Assembly: GCA_051439605.1 (NCBI GenBank)
Contig: JBFRWN010000119.1
Location: 1 to 33,131 of the forward strand
Length of the DNA stretch: 33,131 nucleotides
Origin: Synechococcus sp.
Lineage (GTDB): Bacteria; Cyanobacteriota; Cyanobacteriia; Thermostichales; PCC-7336
Direction of reading: 5' to 3'
Shown one piece after another: positions 26,097 through 33,131 of this stretch (positions are counted from its first letter, which is position 1; each line of letters opens with the position of its first letter). Both the position numbers and the translations under genes were made by a program. The notes under the pieces were generated by a model. It was not told the origin of the DNA. It saw only the letters and a program-made list of their open reading frames with translations, and searched no databases.

Positions 26097-26579
26097 AGGC
26101 TACAGGTAATGAGTAGAAATTGGCTAATGAAGGAAATTTTCTGGCGGCAATACCCCACAAGGGAGCTGCAGTAGAGAATCTCTCGCAGCAAATGTGACAA
26201 TCTTTCAGACTAATCAGACTATCGAGACCGGTGCAAAGGTTGTCAAACCGCTAGGTCGAGCAGTAGTTCCTTACAACTGTAGTAAACATGCCCAAAGCAC
26301 ACTAAACGGTAGCCCATATTACTGAATTATGCAGTTTTACTGAGCTCGATCCCATCCAATTCAGCAGCATTAATGAGTGCATCAGTCATACGGTTTAACA
26401 AGGGGGGTGAGACTTTTACCCTCTCTGGAGATCCTTGGTCACGAATACAATCACAGATCGAATCACTCAGCGGCCCCCAGCCATTGCATCAGCTAAGGTA
26501 TGGATACAGTACCGATTGCAGACCCAGACAAAACTAATAAGCTGCATCAACTCAAAGAAATCAAAGCAATCAGAGGGTT

Positions 26580-27866
26580 ATGGCCGTGATTCCCCGTCTC
26601 AGTAAGCTTGGCGATCGGATGTCGCAGTTGACGGGGGTCCGCGCCATCATGAAGGACATTATCGAAACCCTCGCTGACACCAACGTCCGCTGGATAAATC
26701 TCAGCGCTGGAAATCCAGTGATCCTGCCGGAAATCGAACAGATGTGGCAGAACTACACTGCTGAATTCTTGGCTGCAGACTCGTTTGGTGAAACTCTTTG
26801 CCGATACGGATCGAGTCAAGGATACGAGCCCTTTATTGAAGTGGTGGCAGATTACTTTCAACGGGAATACGGCTGGAAGGTTACGCCTCGCCACATTCTT
26901 GTCACACCAGGTAGTCAATCCCTTTATTTTTACGCTGTCAACAGTTTTGGCGGTCTCAACAGCAGGGGCCAAATGCAATCGATCTTGCTGCCCCTCAGTC
27001 CCGACTATACCGGCTACAACGGTACCAGCCTTGACCCTACAGCTCTCAAGGCACTACGCCCCTCGATTCGCTATTTGGGTGACCATCGATTTAAATACAT
27101 TCCCGATCTGAACCACTTGACAATCGACGACGGTATTGGTGCCGTTCTGTTCTCTCGCCCCTGTAACCCCAGCGGCAATGTGATGGCTGTCGAGGATGTC
27201 AACCAAATCGCAACGAGTGCCGCAGACCGCAACGTGCCTCTACTGATTGACTCTGCCTATGCCCCCCCATTCCCGAACTTGGTCTATCGAGAGATGGACT
27301 TGGTCTGGGCTCCTAACATCATCCACTGTATGAGCCTGTCGAAAGCAGGCTTGCCGGGGGAACGAGTGGGGGTGGCGATCGCCGAGCCAGAGCTATTGGC
27401 ACCGTTACAGGCCTTTCAAGCCAATGCCGCCATTCACTCGTCTCGGTTTGGACAGGCCATCGCGGCAAAGGCAATCGCATCCGGGCAACTGGCCAAGTTT
27501 TCAAAAACTGTCATTCAGCCACACTATCGCCACAAACAGGCATGTTTGGAAGCGGCCTTCGGTCGCGAAATGCCCGATGATATCCCTTGGTATCTGCATG
27601 TGGGAGAAGGGGCTATCTTTGCCTGGCTGTGGCTAAAAGATTCCCCCCTTAGCGATGTAGACCTGTATAGAGCGATCAAGAAAGAGGGCACCATTGTTGT
27701 CCCGGGACAATCCTTCTTCCCAGGCTTAAATGAGGAATGGGAGCACAAGCAGCAATGTCTGCGCATCAGCCTCACCGCAACCGTTGAAGACATTGAGGCT
27801 GGGGTTGCGGCGATTGCAAAAGTCGTTACAAAGACCTACAACTCGGCCATGGTAACCGTCCCTTAG
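26580..27866 (+). CDS. avtA: Valine--pyruvate transaminase
   Basis: TGVRAIMKDI, NLSAGNP, SRPCNPSGN, IDSAY and PLP-Lys in CMSLSKAGLPGERVG. Confidence 0.93.
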   Translation: MAVIPRLSKLGDRMSQLTGVRAIMKDIIETLADTNVRWINLSAGNPVILPEIEQMWQNYTAEFLAADSFGETLCRYGSSQGYEPFIEVVADYFQREYGWKVTPRHILVTPGSQSLYFYAVNSFGGLNSRGQMQSILLPLSPDYTGYNGTSLDPTALKALRPSIRYLGDHRFKYIPDLNHLTIDDGIGAVLFSRPCNPSGNVMAVEDVNQIATSAADRNVPLLIDSAYAPPFPNLVYREMDLVWAPNIIHCMSLSKAGLPGERVGVAIAEPELLAPLQAFQANAAIHSSRFGQAIAAKAIASGQLAKFSKTVIQPHYRHKQACLEAAFGREMPDDIPWYLHVGEGAIFAWLWLKDSPLSDVDLYRAIKKEGTIVVPGQSFFPGLNEEWEHKQQCLRISLTATVEDIEAGVAAIAKVVTKTYNSAMVTVP

Positions 27867-27967
27867 GGCCACAGAGCGAACCTGCCTAGCCTATTGCAGA
27901 CTATGGGGGGGATGGTGTTAGCGTTCACCCAGGACAGTCCTTGCCCCGGTTACCCTTCTTATTCCAG

Positions 27968-28933
27968 ATGAATGCCCCTGTGCCTACAGAGAGTGAATCC
28001 TACCGCCTCACCGTGCCAGAAGCTGGAGGTGGACAGCGTCTCGATCGCTGGCTTGCCTCACAGCTTGACCTGTCGCGCTCCCGAATTCAAAGCCTTATTT
28101 TTCATGGTTTAGTCGAACGCAATAATGCCCTTTGCAATGATAAGAAAACCTCACTCAAGGTGGGCGATCGCATCAACCTAGTGGTTCCTCCTCCGCTCGA
28201 AGTTGACCTCACCCCAGAAGCGATACCGCTGGATATTTTGTACGAAGACGATGAACTTCTTGTGGTCAATAAAGCCAAAGGCATGGTGGTTCATCCCAGC
28301 GCTGGCCATACCTCGGGAACCCTCGTCAATGCCCTATTGGAGCATTGCCAGCACCTCTCCGGAATCAATGGGGAACAACGCCCAGGGATCGTTCATCGGC
28401 TGGATAAAGACACCAGCGGTGCCTTAGTGGTCGCCAAAAACGATCGGGCCCATCAACACCTACAAGCTCAAATTCAAGCGAAGACAGCCCGCAGAGAATA
28501 TCTAGGAATTGTATTCGGACGACCTCAGGCGCGATCGGGAACCGTAGATGCGCCTGTAGGACGCCATCCAATCGAACGCAAAAAGATGGCGGTGGTTCCC
28601 CTCGAAAAAGGGAAGCGAGCCGTGACTCACTGGCAGATACTAGAGTCCCTGGGCAACTACAGCCTCATGATGTATCGACTAGAGACAGGCCGCACCCATC
28701 AGATTCGAGTCCACAGTGCCCACATCGGACATCCCATTGTGGGAGATCCGGTTTATACCCGCAGCAAACAAACCCCAATTAACCTTCAGGGGCAAGCACT
28801 GCATGCATGGAAACTCACCTTCCAGCATCCTATCACCCAAGCAATGGTTGCCACTGAAGCTGACCCCCCTGCAGAATTCCAGCGGCTACTCAAAAAACTC
28901 CGCCATCAAACGGGTCATAGCACGTATCCCTAG
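27968..28933 (+). CDS. RluA/RluD-family 23S rRNA pseudouridine synthase with S4 domain
   Basis: RLDRWL..SRSRIQ (S4), VNKAKGMVVHP, catalytic HRLDKDTSG and LETGRTHQIRVH. Start placed at ATG 27968. Confidence 0.95.
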   Translation: MNAPVPTESESYRLTVPEAGGGQRLDRWLASQLDLSRSRIQSLIFHGLVERNNALCNDKKTSLKVGDRINLVVPPPLEVDLTPEAIPLDILYEDDELLVVNKAKGMVVHPSAGHTSGTLVNALLEHCQHLSGINGEQRPGIVHRLDKDTSGALVVAKNDRAHQHLQAQIQAKTARREYLGIVFGRPQARSGTVDAPVGRHPIERKKMAVVPLEKGKRAVTHWQILESLGNYSLMMYRLETGRTHQIRVHSAHIGHPIVGDPVYTRSKQTPINLQGQALHAWKLTFQHPITQAMVATEADPPAEFQRLLKKLRHQTGHSTYP

Positions 28934-28984
28934 CCGAAGAAAATCTGATTTTCATTGAACGGTCACTGTAGGAGAGGGAGATCT

Positions 28985-30145
28985 TTAACGGGAAAAAATC
29001 CTTCCCCCTCTAGCCACGTTCAGGTCAAACGTGAAGTGAATGTCCACTGATTGACCGGTAAAGGCTGTCGGCAAGGGCTCGAACGGGCCCGCTTGCTGAA
29101 TAGCGGATACCGCAGCCGAATCAGTTTGCTGGTTGCCAGAGGTTTGAACTAGACGCACGTTAGAGATCGAACCATTTCGAGCGATCGTGAAGGTAACCAC
29201 GCTAGTGCGAGACACGTTGGATTGACCGGGAATCCACTTTTGCTCCACCCGCCTTTGGAGGCGGGCCAAATAGGGCCCCCAATCAACATCAGCTCTTGCC
29301 GCCACACTGGGAGCGCCCGGTGCCGAACGACTGGGGTTAATGGGGCCAGAGGAGGATGTTCCCCCCGTACCATTTCGGTTCGCTGAAATGGGGGGGCCTA
29401 ACTGAGAGGCGGCTGACTGACGAGTGGGGGATGGGGGAGAGATTGGCGCAGGAGCCGGTGGCGCAGGGGGAGCTGGTTGCGTGGGTAGGGCAGCCAGCTG
29501 ATCGACGCTGGATTGGCGGGTTTGTGGGGCTGGTGTGGAAATCGGAGGAGGAGTTGGACGGGGTGTCGGTCGGGGTGTCGGTGTAGGGCGTGGAGTAGGG
29601 GGAGGTGTAGGAGGAGCCGGAGTCGGTGTGGGGGCGGGTGTGGGAGCGGGAACGGGGGGAGCTTGAGCTATTTCTGCTTGCTCGGGAATGGGGTCGGGTT
29701 CTGGAGGCGCAGCTGGAGGAACTTCAGGGTCGGGGGGAGTGGGTGGCTCTGGTGGTGGCGGGGGAGGTGGCGCAGCCTGCTGTTGAGGGACTGGAGGGGC
29801 TGGCTGGGGTTGAGGGGGAGCTGGGGGCGCTGGAGGGGCTGGGGGAGGGGCAGCGGCAGAGGGACTACCCGCAGAAGGAAGCTCTTGAGGGTCAACCTCG
29901 CCAGCATCAACAGAATTATTATCGGCAATTAAATTCGTGTCCGGCGGTTCCACATCCGCAGGGTCAACAATTGTAAATTCAATGGGCCGATCGGTGGGGC
30001 GCTGCTCTGGAAACAGTTGAAACCGCAGCAGTAAGAGAAGAAAGATGGCGGCGTGGGCAGTTATCGACCCCAAGAGGTAGAACAATAGCCGACCGTCCCC
30101 TTCCTCCTGCTGTCTGCGTCGGTATTCCGCAGCAGATAAGCTCAT
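28985..30145 (-). CDS. TonB/TolA-family energy transducer
   Basis: N-terminal TM with SxxxH (SITAHAA), a long Pro-rich linker, and a C-terminal domain FTIARNGSISNVRLVQTSG..D.AAVSAIQQAGPFEPLP. Confidence 0.9.
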   Translation of the reverse strand: MSLSAAEYRRRQQEEGDGRLLFYLLGSITAHAAIFLLLLLRFQLFPEQRPTDRPIEFTIVDPADVEPPDTNLIADNNSVDAGEVDPQELPSAGSPSAAAPPPAPPAPPAPPQPQPAPPVPQQQAAPPPPPPPEPPTPPDPEVPPAAPPEPDPIPEQAEIAQAPPVPAPTPAPTPTPAPPTPPPTPRPTPTPRPTPRPTPPPISTPAPQTRQSSVDQLAALPTQPAPPAPPAPAPISPPSPTRQSAASQLGPPISANRNGTGGTSSSGPINPSRSAPGAPSVAARADVDWGPYLARLQRRVEQKWIPGQSNVSRTSVVTFTIARNGSISNVRLVQTSGNQQTDSAAVSAIQQAGPFEPLPTAFTGQSVDIHFTFDLNVARGGRIFSR

Positions 30146-30355
30146 GGTTGCCCCTCGTTACACTCAGGCCAGTTATAGCACTCGTCTATAGGCCTCCTCT
30201 ACATGTTCTCCAGAGGTCGGTCTGCCCGCAATTGCGCTGACAGCATTGTCAGGTCGATATAGAGCGATAGAGTACTGCCTATCAATTTGGACTTCTCAGC
30301 CAGCTAGAACCTATACTGGACAACGTTCTTGCGGATCTGACTGAAATGGAAACTA

Positions 30356-31270
30356 CTATTTGCCATCGGGGCTAAAGCAGGTTTCTAAAATTTCCAACAA
30401 TTCTTCGGTAGAGCTTCTGGCAATCAAATCGTGAATCAATTGCTTTTGGGCTTCAGGATGGTCGACTTTTCCTAACCGTTCCATAGCCTCCAACTTCTTT
30501 TTAGCCTTCACTTGATTGGTTTGCAGATCGAGCCGCAGATCGGCGCTCAGACAACGCCCAGGATCCTCAAGCAAGTGAGTTGCAATTTCTGAAAAGAGCA
30601 ACGGTCCGGTTAGAGTCAGGGACTCTTTGGCCCGAGCAGCCTCGCGAGCTAATGCTTGTGCTTCTTCGTAGCTGTTGGTCTCCTCCACCAAGGTTTGAAG
30701 CACCTGCAATAGCTCGGTGGTTTCTAAGGGTTGCAATTGTTTTTGGGCTGCAGTCGATAGCGGAGCGATGTCAACCCCACGCTCTATGGCAACAGCCAAA
30801 ATGTGTTCGTCCATCGCTTGAATTTCGCTCGAGATGGCCTCGGTCCCCCCTTCGGCAATTTCCTCCTGCTGTGCTGGAGATAGTCGCACCTGCAACTGGC
30901 GCAAAACCTCGCCGTACAGCAGCTCGCGGGGCAACAACACCCCCGTAATACCTGCCTCTGACTGGGCCAAAAAAGACTCAATATTCCCACCAGCCGTGCC
31001 CACTAACCTCTGCAACAACCCCAACACATCTTCAGGGTCGGACAGCTGCAATACCGACTGAACGACCTGCCGCAAAGATGCCCCATCCTCAAGGTTTAGT
31101 TGTGTCAAGCGGTCTTCAGCTTTAGCGATGGCCGCATCCATCACCCTTGGCAAGTCGATCGATTCCTTTCCTTCCTCAACCAGTTGGTAGCTTGCCTGCT
31201 GCAGCAAGCGTGCGGCCTCAACGAACATCAGCAAGTTGGGAGCTTCAAGAGATGGGACAGACATAGTCAC
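30356..31270 (-). CDS. Hypothetical acidic helical protein with three internal repeats
   Basis: 304-aa ORF filling the gap between co-oriented genes; three degenerate ~100-aa units (see findings). Confidence 0.8.
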   Translation of the reverse strand: MTMSVPSLEAPNLLMFVEAARLLQQASYQLVEEGKESIDLPRVMDAAIAKAEDRLTQLNLEDGASLRQVVQSVLQLSDPEDVLGLLQRLVGTAGGNIESFLAQSEAGITGVLLPRELLYGEVLRQLQVRLSPAQQEEIAEGGTEAISSEIQAMDEHILAVAIERGVDIAPLSTAAQKQLQPLETTELLQVLQTLVEETNSYEEAQALAREAARAKESLTLTGPLLFSEIATHLLEDPGRCLSADLRLDLQTNQVKAKKKLEAMERLGKVDHPEAQKQLIHDLIARSSTEELLEILETCFSPDGK

Positions 31271-31290
31271 TTAACCTAACAGGGTCTGAA

Positions 31291-31350
31291 TTCGAGAGCC
31301 CCCTCTCCTGTTCCCTCTCCCGGCTCGGGAAAGGGAACAAGAGTCTCGAA
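31291..31350. repeat. 60-nt imperfect palindrome (REP-like or 5'UTR hairpin)
   Basis: TTCGAGA...TGTTCCCTCTCCCG-GCT-CGGGAAAGGGAACA...TCTCGAA. Confidence 0.55.
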
Positions 31351-31481
31351 TGCTTACATTTTCGTTCAAGTAGCCGCTGAATTTGCATGAGGGGGACCGA
31401 TAACTGTCGAGCAGACATTAACAGAGCGATCGCTTGAGAATTGTCGTAGACTGCCATTCCCTGGGGAGAGCTGCCGGTTAC

Positions 31482-33131
31482 TTATAGGTGTTGAGTGACG
31501 CAGTTGGCATCTATGACAATCTGGCTACCTGATTCAAACACAGTGCAACTGTCTCGCAGTGTGGCCAACACCACTGGATCGCCCGATCGCAGGTTGGCCG
31601 CTGCCGCTGTAGCCGCTGGCTGAAACTGCTGCAGCCAACTATTGCCCTGCACCATCTCTACGTTAAATGCGTTGCGATCGAGCAACCAGAAATCAATGTC
31701 GTATTTGGCGATCGCCTGCTGTAGTTCTTCGGGGGCCAGGCTGTACTGAGCAACCACCAAATCAGATGCTCGCTGGCGAATTTGGCGGTAATAACCCGTG
31801 TGATAGGGAATCGAAAACTCGCGATCGACCAATACAGAACGACGGGCAAATGTGGGAATAAAGCTGCCCTCATGGCTGAGGCTGGCGATCGCCGTATCTT
31901 TGGGCTGAGCTAGAAAAAACTTGTACAGCTCTGGGTTAGTACCCACCCTATAGCTGGGGAAGGGGAACCCGGAAGTCAAGGCGGGATAGAACAACAACAG
32001 GGCCGTGAAAGCACCAGCGATCGGCAATAAGAGGAGCGCTTTCACTCGCCCTAGCGCCGATTTCCCCCACCCACGCGCTGCCCCCTGCATCGCCGCATCC
32101 ACCACCGCCGCTATTGCAATACCCGCGCAAAGAGTCATCACCACGCGCAACGTGTGCTCGGTGAATCGACTGGGCAAATAGAGCGTAAACAGCGAAAGAT
32201 GGGCCGCAACAAACCAAGCCAAACAGGCGATCGCCAGTCGGGGAATCCAGAGAGCGGCGGGGGTTAACCCCTTCAGGAGGGGAAACTGGCGAGGGAAACA
32301 CAACAGCAGCGGCAAACTCAAGCCCAGCACGTTGGTGGCGGGGGTCAAGATACTGTTGATGCGCAGCCCCCCCCGGCCGTGCAACCAAAAGCGCAGAGGA
32401 TCGTCATCGTAGAAAAAGGGCACCCGGCCACCCGAAAAAAACTCAGGCATCGCTCGCGCCTGCTCGAACGTCACCGTTGGTCCGAATTCGTTCTCAGAAA
32501 GTAAAAACGGCAGCATAACCACCACCGCAACGGCAAAGCCATTCAGGCACATCACCCGCAGTTTGCGGGACTGACACCAGCGCAGGCCGAGGCTTCTCAG
32601 CACCAGCCAGCTCGACTGGATTCCATCGGACGACCGTTCCACCAATCCCAGCAGCAGCATCACCGCAAAGATTAAAACAAGCTGGGGATAGAACAGACTT
32701 TGCAGAGCGATCGCCAATAGAAACGGCCACAGCCACCCACGGGTCAGACAGAGCAGCACGCTCAGGCCGCATACATAGGTAAATCCCTTCGCCGTTCCCG
32801 AAAACACGGCATCGTTCATGGCTAAAGCTTGGCTTAACAGCAAAGCAGCACTAAAGGCGGCGGCAGGTATGGGGATAATTGCCAAACACAGCCAGTAGGC
32901 CAGGGCGGCATCTAGCACAAACAGCACTGGGGGAATGAGTTTACTGGCCAAAATCGGAGATCCCCCCAACCAAGCTAGGAAGCGGTAGAGGGTGCGAATC
33001 CCTGCCGGAGCCACAGACTGGTAATAGTCAGCGATCGGGTCGCTGGGAAACAGTTCTGGATCGATAAAGCGCTGCATCCAAAACACGTGCTGCCGTGCAT
33101 CATCCTGAATGGTGTAGGGCACCTGAAACGC
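31482..33131 (-). CDS. Polytopic membrane protein, possibly a GT-C-fold glycosyltransferase; 5' end outside the window
   Basis: Frame is open to the window edge. Loop with DD motif (QDDARQH), about 11 hydrophobic segments and a soluble C-terminal domain. GT-C assignment is inference. Confidence 0.75.
   Translation of the reverse strand, partial: AFQVPYTIQDDARQHVFWMQRFIDPELFPSDPIADYYQSVAPAGIRTLYRFLAWLGGSPILASKLIPPVLFVLDAALAYWLCLAIIPIPAAAFSAALLLSQALAMNDAVFSGTAKGFTYVCGLSVLLCLTRGWLWPFLLAIALQSLFYPQLVLIFAVMLLLGLVERSSDGIQSSWLVLRSLGLRWCQSRKLRVMCLNGFAVAVVVMLPFLLSENEFGPTVTFEQARAMPEFFSGGRVPFFYDDDPLRFWLHGRGGLRINSILTPATNVLGLSLPLLLCFPRQFPLLKGLTPAALWIPRLAIACLAWFVAAHLSLFTLYLPSRFTEHTLRVVMTLCAGIAIAAVVDAAMQGAARGWGKSALGRVKALLLLPIAGAFTALLLFYPALTSGFPFPSYRVGTNPELYKFFLAQPKDTAIASLSHEGSFIPTFARRSVLVDREFSIPYHTGYYRQIRQRASDLVVAQYSLAPEELQQAIAKYDIDFWLLDRNAFNVEMVQGNSWLQQFQPAATAAAANLRSGDPVVLATLRDSCTVFESGSQIVIDANCVTQHL

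Noticed and set aside
29420..29860. Low-complexity G-rich tandem-like repeats
   Set aside because: They encode the Pro-rich TonB linker and are not an independent repeat element.

Overview
Cyanobacterial chromosomal window, judged from abundant HIP1 octamers (GCGATCGC) and Psb35 and DUF3134 genes. It has two parts. (1) About 0.5-10.5 kb is an AT-richer, HIP1-poor accessory island on the + strand. It starts with a 1.4-kb non-coding leader holding a 96-bp MITE. A LuxR-type HTH regulator follows, then a papain-like C1 cysteine protease and its chagasin (I42) inhibitor, and a decayed second luxR copy. After that come a hypothetical protein, a HExxH zinc peptidase, a second hypothetical, a GH13 alpha-amylase and a thermonuclease. 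The island ends in a junction of two unrelated gene fragments. An identical 24-bp palindromic operator/promoter follows both the intact and the dead luxR copy, each time heading a protease gene block. This LuxR/operator-linked set of apparently signal-peptide-less protein, glucan and nucleic-acid hydrolases is the best candidate for an undescribed system. (2) 10.7-33.1 kb holds mostly core genes: a ggt-family enzyme, exbBD, an alpha/beta hydrolase, an ABC-2 exporter, a JAMM peptidase / sulfur carrier / MoeZ trio, DUF3134, psb35 (missed by the ORF track), a PlsY-dikinase fusion, sat, an S41 protease, avtA, an RluA-family synthase, a TonB-family protein, a three-repeat hypothetical and a truncated membrane protein. 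All calls come from reading motifs by eye; no database searches were run.
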